From an uncultured Omnitrophica bacterium (GTDB lineage Bacteria; Omnitrophota; Gorgyraeia; JACQQV01): a stretch of DNA of 64,000 bases. The number at the start of each line of letters is the position of its first letter. The first letter of the stretch is position 1. Below are positions 37,156 to 46,422 of this stretch, in pieces. Under the pieces are notes generated by a model. The model did not search any database and had not been told where the DNA came from. It worked only from the letters and a program-made list of their open reading frames with translations. The DNA is taken from positions 23,513 to 87,512 of the forward strand of contig CAMTXH010000013.1 of assembly GCA_947085655.1 (NCBI GenBank). Reading direction: 5' to 3'. Made by a program: the position numbers and the translations under genes.

Positions 37156-38997
37156 ATGAGAAATAAGCCCCTCATGGTCTATGACGGCGATTGTGCTTTT
37201 TGCCGCCGCTGGATTCTCCGCTGGAACTCCCTGACAAAAGGGCGGGTCGAGTATGCTCCTTTTCAGGAAGTGGCCCAAGAATTTCCTGAAATACCGCGGG
37301 AAGCGTTCGAGAAGTCGGTTCAGTTGATTCTGCCCGACGGAAACGTCTTTTCAGGGGCAGAAGCAACTTTTCGATGTCTTGCCGAAGGAGGGAAGTGCTG
37401 GCCTTTGCGGTTCTACCGGTATCTTCCGGGCGCGGCGCTCCTTGCGGAATGGGGGTATGCTCTTGTTGCGCGCCACCGCATTTTTTTCTCAAAAGTCAGC
37501 CGGTGGCTTTGGGGAAAGGAACTCGAACCGCCCACTTTTGAAACTACACGGATGGTCTTTCTCCGGGGGTTGGGTGTAGTCTACGGCATCGCCTTTGTTT
37601 CCCTCTGGACGCAGATTGCAGGCCTCGTCGGAACAAACGGCATCCTTCCGATGAAGCCGTATCTGGAGACGGCCCGTCTTTTTCTGGGGGGTGAACGCTT
37701 TTGGTCTTTACCGACCCTTTTTTGGATGAATCAGGAGGACGTCTTTCTTCACCTTGTCTGCGGAGGAGGGACGCTTCTTTCCCTTGTTCTTATCGCCGGG
37801 ATTGCGCCGGTTCCGGTTCTCGTTTTGCTTTGGTTTTCCTACCTTTCCCTCGCGGTCGTCTCCCGAGATTTCCTTCAGTTTCAATGGGATGCTCTTCTTC
37901 TTGAATGCGGGTTTTTGGCTATTTTTCTGGCTCCCTTCGGGTGGTTGCCCCGCTCGTTTCATCGTTCTCCTCCTTCACGAGCGGTCCTCTGGCTATTCGC
38001 CTGGCTCCTTTTCCGGCTCATGTTTTCCTCCGGCATGGTGAAACTTGCAAGCCATGACCCGACCTGGCGGAACCTTACCGCCCTTCAATATCATTATGAA
38101 ACGCAGCCCCTCCCGACCTGGATCGGGTGGGCCGTCCATCAACTCCCGGCCTGGTTTCAAAAGGGATCTGCGGCCGGGATGTTTGCGATTGAACTCGGGG
38201 TCCCCTTTCTGATTTTTATGCCGAGACGGATCCGGTATTTCGGCTGTGCGGTTTTAATCGGCTTTCAGATACTCATCGCGGCAACCGGAAACTACTGCTT
38301 CTTCAATCTCATCACCGTCCTTCTTTGTCTTCTCCTTTTGGAGGATTCCTTCTGGCGGAGGTGGCTACGGCGGGGAACGCCTTTTCTCGAGAAGTCCGAA
38401 TCCTTCCGTTCGCGACACTGGCCCCGATGGATCCTGGTCCCTCTTTTCGCGCTCATCATCCTCGCGACACTGGCCCCGATGGTCGATCTTTTCCATCCGC
38501 GCTTCCGGTGGCCCAACGCGGTGATCGCACTTTATCGGGATTTGATTCCCTTTCGAAGCATCAACTCCTACGGTCTTTTTGCGGTCATGACGACCGACCG
38601 ACCCGAAATTATTGTGGAGGGCTCAAACGACGGGGAAAATTGGGTTCCGTACGCGTTCAAATACAAACCGGGCGATTTAAAAAGGCGTCCCGGTTTTGTC
38701 GCCCCGCATCAGCCGCGGCTCGACTGGCAGATGTGGTTTGCGGCACTCGGGCCTTATCAACAAAGTCCCTGGTTCCTCCATTTCTGCGAGCGTCTCCTTG
38801 AGGGGTCCCCGGAGGTCCTTGCCCTTCTTGAGACGAACCCCTTCCCGGATGCCCCTCCGCGCTATCTCCGTGCTGTCCTTTATGATTACCGCTTCACCCA
38901 CTTTGGTATTTGGCGCGAAAAGGGGCATTGGTGGCAAAGGACCCCCCGCGGTTTTTACCTGCCGCCTATCACCCTTCGTGATTCGGAATTTCCTTAA
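37156..38997 (+). CDS. lipase maturation factor (LMF1) family protein with N-terminal DCC1-like domain
   Basis: YDGDCAFC; FQWDALLLE, YHYETQPLP, PRLDWQMWFAAL. Confidence 0.9.
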   Translation: MRNKPLMVYDGDCAFCRRWILRWNSLTKGRVEYAPFQEVAQEFPEIPREAFEKSVQLILPDGNVFSGAEATFRCLAEGGKCWPLRFYRYLPGAALLAEWGYALVARHRIFFSKVSRWLWGKELEPPTFETTRMVFLRGLGVVYGIAFVSLWTQIAGLVGTNGILPMKPYLETARLFLGGERFWSLPTLFWMNQEDVFLHLVCGGGTLLSLVLIAGIAPVPVLVLLWFSYLSLAVVSRDFLQFQWDALLLECGFLAIFLAPFGWLPRSFHRSPPSRAVLWLFAWLLFRLMFSSGMVKLASHDPTWRNLTALQYHYETQPLPTWIGWAVHQLPAWFQKGSAAGMFAIELGVPFLIFMPRRIRYFGCAVLIGFQILIAATGNYCFFNLITVLLCLLLLEDSFWRRWLRRGTPFLEKSESFRSRHWPRWILVPLFALIILATLAPMVDLFHPRFRWPNAVIALYRDLIPFRSINSYGLFAVMTTDRPEIIVEGSNDGENWVPYAFKYKPGDLKRRPGFVAPHQPRLDWQMWFAALGPYQQSPWFLHFCERLLEGSPEVLALLETNPFPDAPPRYLRAVLYDYRFTHFGIWREKGHWWQRTPRGFYLPPITLRDSEFP

Positions 38998-39074
38998 AAG
39001 GTGGGTTGACGCATTACCCTCTTTTGTAGTAGACTAAAAAAGTCTGGATTCAAGGTCATTGAAAGGGGGTGCCT

Positions 39075-39401
39075 ATGCCGAAGTATCTTATTGTCGAAAG
39101 CCGCGATTTGATGGAATACAAAGAGAGCGATTTTGCCCTGAATCTGGCCGGTTCCCTGAAGAAAAAGGGAAATGAGACAACGCTTTATCTTATTGAAAAC
39201 GGCGTCCTTGCCGCCAGAAAAGGATCCGAGGCGGCGGCCAAACTCACCGCTTTATCCAAGGAAGGGGTCAAGGTTCTGGCGGAAGACCTCTCGCTTAAAA
39301 TGCGCGGGGTCAAAGAGCGCACGGAGGGGGTTTCCGAATCGAGCATGGATGCCCTCGCGGATCTCATTTTGAACGGCGCAGATAAAGTCATCTGGTATTA
39401 A
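39075..39401 (+). CDS. DsrE/DsrH-like protein without Cys
   Basis: LYLIENGV, SLKMRGV, KVIWY. Confidence 0.75.
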   Translation: MPKYLIVESRDLMEYKESDFALNLAGSLKKKGNETTLYLIENGVLAARKGSEAAAKLTALSKEGVKVLAEDLSLKMRGVKERTEGVSESSMDALADLILNGADKVIWY

Positions 39402-39409
39402 ATGAAGAC

Positions 39410-39507
39410 ACAACTTACGCCTGCCTGCCGGCAAGGCAGGGAACGTTAGTGACGTAAGTCGTTGTCTGAATTTATCCCGAGCGAGGCCGAAGGCCGAGTC
39501 GAGGGAT
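39410..39507. repeat. nested REP-like palindromes
   Basis: ACAACTTACG...CGTAAGTCGTTGT enclosing CCTGCCTGCCGGCAAGGCAGG, followed by ATCCCGAGCGAGGCCGAAGGCCGAGTCGAGGGAT; related unit at 52079-52110. Confidence 0.7.
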
Positions 39508-39519
39508 CAGGAGGTTATT

Positions 39520-39945
39520 ATGACTTCAGAAACGAAACCGAAAGTTGTGACCATCGGCATCGCAACCGCCTCTTACCAAAGGGAGGCGCCGACGACGGTT
39601 CTGCGGCTTACCGAAAAACTCCTTCAAAGAGGCGCCCATGTCAATATCTGGACTTTTGAAGAGGCGGTGACCCTCACCAACAAAGACCAGAAGGATCATC
39701 AGGAGCCACCCGGCCTTCATGAGGTGGCCGGCCGCCAGCATACCTATGTCGGTAAATTTGTCGACGGAATCATGAAGGCCGCGCTCCATAGCGGTGCGCT
39801 CAAATGGGTGGTTTGCATCCTCTGTGTGCAGGAGCGGGGCGTGGACGCGCACCAGATGAACGGCGTCATTATCGGAACCTTCGGCGATTTCTGGAAATTC
39901 GCGAACGCCTCCGACCGGCTCATTATGATTCCGACCTATCGGTAA
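39520..39945 (+). CDS. DsrE/TusD-like protein with CxxC
   Basis: WTFEEAV, VCILCVQERGV. Confidence 0.75.
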   Translation: MTSETKPKVVTIGIATASYQREAPTTVLRLTEKLLQRGAHVNIWTFEEAVTLTNKDQKDHQEPPGLHEVAGRQHTYVGKFVDGIMKAALHSGALKWVVCILCVQERGVDAHQMNGVIIGTFGDFWKFANASDRLIMIPTYR

Positions 39946-39964
39946 GACAAAAAAGGAGAAAGCG

Positions 39965-40354
39965 ATGATCGAAAAAGTGTTAGCAGTTTTCGAAAAACCG
40001 ATTTACTTAAGTTTCGAACCGAACGACCCGCACCTTCTCCATGTCGGATTCGGCTCCGTCTCAAGCGGCGTGAAGGTGAATGTCCTTCTCCGGGGATCTG
40101 CCGTGAACTACGCCGTGAAGGAACAACATCAGACCGATGCGAAACTTCTGGGTCAGCCCCTTGCGGAAGTGGATACCTCGCCGGCCAAGGTGATGGAACT
40201 TATCGCCAAAAACGGCGGGGAACTTTCCGTCGTGAAAGAGGATCTTGCGAAACGCGGGCTTTCACAAGCGGAACTCATCCCTCAAGCAAAGCTCGTCTCA
40301 GAATCGCAGGTTGCAGACCTTGTCGCCGCCAACGACGCCGCCTTTATATGGTAG
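39965..40354 (+). CDS. DsrF/TusC-like protein
   Basis: VLLRGSAVNYAV, EDLAKRGL. Confidence 0.7.
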   Translation: MIEKVLAVFEKPIYLSFEPNDPHLLHVGFGSVSSGVKVNVLLRGSAVNYAVKEQHQTDAKLLGQPLAEVDTSPAKVMELIAKNGGELSVVKEDLAKRGLSQAELIPQAKLVSESQVADLVAANDAAFIW

Positions 40355-40608
40355 AGAGCGTGGCGAAGCCGGATAAGACCTTGGATGCGCGGGCTTTTTT
40401 CAACCCGATCGACTGCCGGAGTCTCGATGTGATCCGCGAGGAATTAAAGACGATGGCGGTGGGGAATGTCCTTGAAATCTACGCAAACGCCTTTCAAAAG
40501 CGGGAAATCGAAAGTTGGGCGAAGAAATTCCGGCACCCGATCCTCTCTGTAACCGACAACGAAGGTCTTATCACCATCCATCTTCAGAAGGGCCCGCCTC
40601 TCGGATAG
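40348..40608 (+). CDS. TusA/SirA-like protein, atypical
   Basis: TLDAR, GNVLEI, IESWA; lacks the CPxP motif. Confidence 0.7.
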   Translation: MVESVAKPDKTLDARAFFNPIDCRSLDVIREELKTMAVGNVLEIYANAFQKREIESWAKKFRHPILSVTDNEGLITIHLQKGPPLG

Positions 40609-40614
40609 CCCTCC

Positions 40615-41028
40615 ATGAAAAAAATCGCGATCCTCGTCTCCCGCGGAAGTTACAACTCACTCGTCCAGGTCATGACCCTTGTCATGGCCTGTATGGTTTC
40701 AGAGATCAAAGTGCGCCTTTTTTTCCGCGATGAATCGGTCTTTAAACTGACCCCGAAAGAGGCAGGAAAAATTAACCTCACCGAGTTCTACAAAGGGCAG
40801 GAAGCCGCTGTTCTCGAGCGGCTCAAACAAAATAAACTGGAAAACCTCCAGTCTCTCCTTAAAGAAATCAAATCAAAAGGGGACATCCGCGTCGCGGTCT
40901 GCTCCTCTTCACTCGCCATCTGCGGCTTAAAGCACGAAGACCTCATCCCCGAAGTCGATGAGGTCCAAGGCCTCACCTCATTTCTCCTCGAAGAAATTGC
41001 CACCGCGGATCAGGTGCTTACCTTTTAA
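40615..41028 (+). CDS. DsrE2-like protein
   Basis: VRLFF, VCSSSLAICGL, LTF C-terminus. Confidence 0.75.
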   Translation: MKKIAILVSRGSYNSLVQVMTLVMACMVSEIKVRLFFRDESVFKLTPKEAGKINLTEFYKGQEAAVLERLKQNKLENLQSLLKEIKSKGDIRVAVCSSSLAICGLKHEDLIPEVDEVQGLTSFLLEEIATADQVLTF

Positions 41029-41038
41029 ATCTCCTTCT

Positions 41039-44000
41039 TTACTCAGGACCGGGGAATTCGTCCTTAGGCCGACGCGGCTTGGTTCCAAATCGGGCCGGGA
41101 TCCGCTGAGTGACCCATGTTCCGTCATAGTCTCTGACAGTCACACGGATTTCATCTGCATAGGTCTCATCTACAGGTTGGAGGGGTTCGTATCGAAACGT
41201 CCATTTAGCTTGGCTGATTCCGGGTCCATAATAAGGCGCTCCCATCGGGATAATGGTTGCTCCTGACATGGTTCGATAACTGATATAGTTGGTATGATTC
41301 TGATACCGGAAATTATTGTCAAGGTCATTTGCTTTAATGACAAAGGTGTACCCTGTAACCCCTGGCTGAACATAGATTCCCCTGGTACTTCCTCCAAGGT
41401 CAGGGACGTAATTGGCATGATGGACCCATACGTTCCGGCTTAATGTCGATATCCCCCCATCAGGGTGCATCGCCTCAAAGGTAATTGTATAGGGCCCCTG
41501 CGGGCTAGGATTGGGAGGTGGAGGGATTGGAGGATTTGCGGCAGGATCAATCGGCGCCGCTGCAATCCCTGGATCCGGGTTCCAGAGTAAACTAACGGAG
41601 GGGTTGGTGGGATCAAGAGCCACCCAATCCCATATACTGACACCCCCTCTACTCCACAAGGCATCTGGCGTTAAGGGAGCCGTGGTGGTGGAAGCGACTC
41701 GCACCCGAACTGTCTCAGAGACTGCAGGATTCCGAGCGATCGGAAAGGTTGCAGTAATATCTTCTGTAACATCAAAGGGGGAAGGAGTATTGTTGGTAAT
41801 GAGTTTGACATCATTCACATAAATGGAAATGCCGACCATACTCACACTGTGTCCATCTGAAATATTTACCGAGAGATTAAATCTTCTGGGAGCGGCTCCA
41901 TCCGCCACGATACTGTAAGTTGGTTGCCAAGTGAACTCTGCCGTAGCAGGCCGGGCTGTCCCCGAGCCGGTGCTTCTAAACTGGGCTCCAAGGGTGGGAT
42001 GAGGAGTGCCGTCGGAAGGAAGGAGGTCTCCGTCTAAATAAACCCAGAAGGAGAGATTGTCGACACATTCTGGTGCCGATCCACTATTGGGCTCATTTCC
42101 CTCAAACCGAAGGATAAAGCTTTCTCCTTCGTTCCTTGTTGTGGAGCCGGAGACAAACCTCACTCTCGGATAATGGGGCTCACATCCTGCGAGGGCTGTC
42201 CGTGTCGGATTTCCGCGGAACATCGGCCAAGATGCCTCGCCAGAAAGATTTTGAGGCAACTCACCGATCTTTAAAGATCCTTCTTTTCCGATAAAGACGA
42301 ACTCATCTTTTGGATCAGCGTCGATATTCCCCCAGAAATAGCCTTTTGCAGCAGGGAGATGCCCTCCCAAAATCAGGGAAGAAAGATTATCGTTATTGAG
42401 TAGTCGTAAGCCAAACGAGGAAACCTTGATAGGGTCGTAACGGGCATAGGGATGATAGAGTCGTGAAGGTGCAACAAAACCGATGGGGCCGATTGGGGTT
42501 GCAATGGGAGAAAAATCTTCTCCAAAAAACCTCTCCATCTCAATTGTGGGTGGTTGGAAATAGGTATCAAACTTCTCAATAAAACTGCTGTATCGTGTCC
42601 TGCTCCAGTTGTAGCTATCCGGACCGTTTGAGGCAGTTTCATAGCATTTAAGATACCAGCCCCAATGGGGGTACTCGAAATCGCAAGGACTCGCGGGACA
42701 GAAACCGGTGAGCCAATCCCAAAAACCGCAATCTCTCTCGCAACCGGTCCATACCCCTTCGTATGCCATGAGGAGTACCGACATCCTTCCGTCTGAATTT
42801 CTCATGAGGATCGGAGAACCATAATAGACTTCATAAATATAGTTGCTATTCCCATAGGTTACCGAATGTTCAATTTCTCCTGCATTGCCTCGGTGTGTCA
42901 AAATATAAAGGATTGAGGAACCAGCTCGGCTACCGTCGAAGCCTGAGGGGACAGCCACTACCACTTCAAGTGTTCCATCGTTGTCAATGTCCCCAATGAC
43001 CGGTGCGGCATCAACTTTTGCATAGGGATTTGTATATGAAACTAACCAATCATTTGGATTAGGTGGATTATAACTATAAGAAATCCCCGGGAAGGGGCCC
43101 CACCCGGGGAGGGGTTGACTATTCCATTGAAGCGCAAAGAGGCCTTGGTCAGTGGCCGCAACTACTTCCCTCGTCCCATCTCCGTTCAAATCGGCCACGG
43201 CGGGGCTCGAGATGGCTTTAACCGGCTGGGCTGTATGAAAATCTACAGGCCCCCAACCAGAGACAAAGGTTCCATCCGCACGGAAGGCATAGAGTTGATC
43301 GCCGACAGACACGATGACTTCCGGACGCTCTTCGGCATCATAATCGATATCAGAAATGACAGGGGCTCGATAATATTCCCATCCCCAATATTGATGCGGT
43401 ATCCTTTGTGGCCAACCTGGAAGAACGTCGTCTGTCCCAAGGGTGAGTGCATACAATAAAGTGTTTGGCTCGCGGCCCGCTTGCACGACAATTTCTTTTA
43501 CTCCATCTCCATTCAAATCCCCTGCGGCTGGAATTCCAACCGGATCTCCTAAAAATTTCCATTCTTTTAAAAGGACTCCATTCTGTTGCCACGCTTCGAT
43601 ACCGGGAACCGGGCTTTTAATAGAGAGTACAATCTCCTGGTTTCCATCGTTATCCAGATCGACGAGTAAAGGATTGTGCTTATGGAGTTCCCCATGTTGC
43701 GCGACCCATCCCGGCTGCGCCCCGATGAATATTTTTGCGATGTCTACTTTTATCTGGGGTTGACCTTGGACCGTAAGCCTTATTGTAAATTCTCCCCACG
43801 GAGGAAGGCCATCCGCTGGCCATCCCATTGTGCTTCTGCTTAAAATTCCCAATAAAGGTGTTGCCGAGGGAGTTGTAGAATGGACAATGGTCTGCCAGGG
43901 AATCGCTTCATCTTCCCATCCCCGACGGTACTCCAATGTATATCCTTGAAAGTTTCCACCCAAAGCCATGCCAAATATCGGAATTCCCGCCTCAATTTCA

Positions 44001-45526
44001 TCAACCGAAAACAAGCCCTTTTTAAAGGAAGATAAGAACGTTGCCATAATTGGGCTATTGCGCAAATCGCTTGGACCGCTAACAGTCGCAGTAAAAGTAG
44101 AGAAGAATGTCGCCTCATTTCCGGCTACATCGACCGCCTTGACTGTGATTACCCATTCGCCCGAAGGGATGTTAAATTGGTAATAAGGATTCCCAATAAG
44201 CCCTGAGTTTAATATCGTGATGTTATCTTCGCTGGTGAAAGGACTCCCTGCGAAGTCGAATGTCCATCTGTAGTGAAGGATATATTTTTCGACCTCTGTT
44301 TCTGCATCGTCGGCTTGTGGCCACCTGAGAGTGAAAGAGCCGGATGTAACATCTCCAATCGTTTCAAAAGTCCCTAGGCGGAATGTGGGGGGATTTCTAT
44401 CTGTTACAATATGGATTTGCCCAGGATAGATGAGAACATCGTTACTGCTATCTGTGTCACGAGGTTCGATGACTCTTTGAAGGAGGTAGTAAGTCCCCTC
44501 TGGAACATCCTGTGTTTCAATTACCAATTCATGCGTTCTTGTCTCATTTGAACCCACAATTGGGAAAGGAATATTGGTTCTGCCCACAAACTCGTCAGAG
44601 AGATCCCACAGCTCGTCTTCAGAAAGGTAGAATTGCACTTCGGGATTAGCGATGTCAAAAAGGGGACCTTGGTTGTCGACACTGAATCTAAAACGGGATC
44701 GTCTGCCCTGAGGAAGACGTCTGTCATCAGGGGGTAGGCCTTCGATAGTTGGTATGATCCCGAGCGATCTGGAATCACCCTCTGGATCCGCATACTCATA
44801 ATTCGTCATCGAGAAGTCCCACTGGGGGAGATTATTGGGATCATCGGAAGGATACATCATCAACATGGCCTCGGCGTCATCCCCGTAAGTCCGCTCAGGA
44901 TTTCCAGCGTGCAACCCTCTAACGGACATAATGGAAAGGATTGGATCTCCAAAGGTTCCTTGATCGGAATGGCTGAGCCCAAGGGTATGGCCGATTTCAT
45001 GAATTGCGACGTGCCGAAAAGAAGCTACTCCATAGAAATTGGGCCATTCCTCAAATCCCGGGTAAATATTTGATGGATGTGGGTCGTAGAATTCTATGAA
45101 CCAATGTTTCCTCGTATTAAAATAAAGAAAGGCATAATCGATAAATCCATTGTTATCACCATCAATAGAAGGTGAGTACCCCGCGGCATCAGGATTAAAA
45201 CCCCGCTCCTCAAAATCAGCGAAGCCAACGACGATATCCCCGTCACGAGCTTGGTAGTTACAATTTTCGATGGTAAATCCAAACGTGAAGAAGGTGGGGG
45301 GAGGAGCATACCAACGTGATCCCTTGACTGCCCACTGAGGAATCGACTCTGTAAAGGCATTGATAAACTCATTGCGCGTTGGGTTTCCGGAAGGCCAACC
45401 GCAATCCACTATCCGGAAATTAGGTATAACTCCCTCAGGCCAAGGGATGTCCTCCTCGAAGGCCTCTCCTTTGGAGACTCCCAAAAGAAACACCAAGCAT
45501 GCAGTTAAGATGACTCGCTTTGCCAT
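41039..45526 (-). CDS. large secreted matrixin-type metalloprotease with CARDB, FN3, FG-GAP and cadherin-like domains
   Basis: Signal peptide; HEIGHTLGLSH + SIM Met-turn; DLDNDG/DLNGDG/DIDNDG repeats; WPMFRGN. Confidence 0.82.
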   Translation of the reverse strand: MAKRVILTACLVFLLGVSKGEAFEEDIPWPEGVIPNFRIVDCGWPSGNPTRNEFINAFTESIPQWAVKGSRWYAPPPTFFTFGFTIENCNYQARDGDIVVGFADFEERGFNPDAAGYSPSIDGDNNGFIDYAFLYFNTRKHWFIEFYDPHPSNIYPGFEEWPNFYGVASFRHVAIHEIGHTLGLSHSDQGTFGDPILSIMSVRGLHAGNPERTYGDDAEAMLMMYPSDDPNNLPQWDFSMTNYEYADPEGDSRSLGIIPTIEGLPPDDRRLPQGRRSRFRFSVDNQGPLFDIANPEVQFYLSEDELWDLSDEFVGRTNIPFPIVGSNETRTHELVIETQDVPEGTYYLLQRVIEPRDTDSSNDVLIYPGQIHIVTDRNPPTFRLGTFETIGDVTSGSFTLRWPQADDAETEVEKYILHYRWTFDFAGSPFTSEDNITILNSGLIGNPYYQFNIPSGEWVITVKAVDVAGNEATFFSTFTATVSGPSDLRNSPIMATFLSSFKKGLFSVDEIEAGIPIFGMALGGNFQGYTLEYRRGWEDEAIPWQTIVHSTTPSATPLLGILSRSTMGWPADGLPPWGEFTIRLTVQGQPQIKVDIAKIFIGAQPGWVAQHGELHKHNPLLVDLDNDGNQEIVLSIKSPVPGIEAWQQNGVLLKEWKFLGDPVGIPAAGDLNGDGVKEIVVQAGREPNTLLYALTLGTDDVLPGWPQRIPHQYWGWEYYRAPVISDIDYDAEERPEVIVSVGDQLYAFRADGTFVSGWGPVDFHTAQPVKAISSPAVADLNGDGTREVVAATDQGLFALQWNSQPLPGWGPFPGISYSYNPPNPNDWLVSYTNPYAKVDAAPVIGDIDNDGTLEVVVAVPSGFDGSRAGSSILYILTHRGNAGEIEHSVTYGNSNYIYEVYYGSPILMRNSDGRMSVLLMAYEGVWTGCERDCGFWDWLTGFCPASPCDFEYPHWGWYLKCYETASNGPDSYNWSRTRYSSFIEKFDTYFQPPTIEMERFFGEDFSPIATPIGPIGFVAPSRLYHPYARYDPIKVSSFGLRLLNNDNLSSLILGGHLPAAKGYFWGNIDADPKDEFVFIGKEGSLKIGELPQNLSGEASWPMFRGNPTRTALAGCEPHYPRVRFVSGSTTRNEGESFILRFEGNEPNSGSAPECVDNLSFWVYLDGDLLPSDGTPHPTLGAQFRSTGSGTARPATAEFTWQPTYSIVADGAAPRRFNLSVNISDGHSVSMVGISIYVNDVKLITNNTPSPFDVTEDITATFPIARNPAVSETVRVRVASTTTAPLTPDALWSRGGVSIWDWVALDPTNPSVSLLWNPDPGIAAAPIDPAANPPIPPPPNPSPQGPYTITFEAMHPDGGISTLSRNVWVHHANYVPDLGGSTRGIYVQPGVTGYTFVIKANDLDNNFRYQNHTNYISYRTMSGATIIPMGAPYYGPGISQAKWTFRYEPLQPVDETYADEIRVTVRDYDGTWVTQRIPARFGTKPRRPKDEFPGPE

Positions 45527-45528
45527 GG

Positions 45529-46164
45529 TCACTCCGAAATCTCCCCTTTCCCTCCCCCTTGAGGTAAAAGATTGCGGATAAGACGGTGGAATTGATCACG
45601 GCTCATCAAAAGAACCGGTTTTGAAAGACTCTCCTGGGTCGTATAGAAATTCAGTTCCCCCGTTGAGTCATCGAATTCTCTTGCAACCAGCTCCCCAGAG
45701 GCATTTTCAAGGACAGTCGCTTGAGGTATGGGCAGAACCTGTTCCCTCACTTTAAACGCCCCCTCCCATACGCCCATAATGGTGTTATTAGAGTTCAGAA
45801 AGAGAATTATCTTCTCCCCAACTTCGACTTGAGGGGTTCCTGGGGCACTCATCCTCATCGTGCCAACCGTCCCTCCGGGAAGGCTTATGGTGAAGGGATC
45901 TGTTCTCTCTCCTTTAATCACGGTGAGATTTGTCAACACAACATCTGTCACAATCATACCCGGGAAGCCACCACTACCAGGGATAAGTCTAGGATTCTTC
46001 GACGCCACCGTCCCCTCCACAATCGCATCCGCCTCCCGGCACATCTGGGCGAAGGGGGTATGGATGATGGTGGTGGCGTGGGTGATTGTTTGAGCGGTAA
46101 GGAGGGAAATACCCAATAGAACCGCAACCAGGGAAGGCAATCTAACCGAGAAAAGTTTCTTCAT
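45529..46164 (-). CDS. secreted propeptide-like partner of the metalloprotease
   Basis: Signal peptide; ADAIVEGTV, LPGGTVG, PGTP..EVGE..ILFL; directly coupled to the protease gene. Confidence 0.65.
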   Translation of the reverse strand: MKKLFSVRLPSLVAVLLGISLLTAQTITHATTIIHTPFAQMCREADAIVEGTVASKNPRLIPGSGGFPGMIVTDVVLTNLTVIKGERTDPFTISLPGGTVGTMRMSAPGTPQVEVGEKIILFLNSNNTIMGVWEGAFKVREQVLPIPQATVLENASGELVAREFDDSTGELNFYTTQESLSKPVLLMSRDQFHRLIRNLLPQGGGKGEISE

Positions 46165-46213
46165 CTTGAAGGCACCTCAAATGATTTATAAACCTCTAAA
46201 GAATCGGGCAAAT

Positions 46214-46241
46214 AAAAAACCCAACCCCAGGGAGCCGGGTT
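46214..46241 (-). terminator. terminator-like hairpin in the leader of the protease operon
   Basis: Minus strand AACCCGGCTC-cctg-GGGTTGGGTT followed by a T tract. Confidence 0.65.
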
Positions 46242-46422
46242 AGTTATAACCATTTTAAAGTATACCCCAAGAGGGCAAAAAATCAATATAGAGATTTACT
46301 TATCTTTTACAAATATTTAAAGTTATGGAAACTTCCAATTGTTAAAAAGCACAACTTTAGGGGACCTCCATTGTTTTTTATCTCTTTTTGTGGTATGATC
46401 TTAGGAGGAAAGGAAGTGTTGC

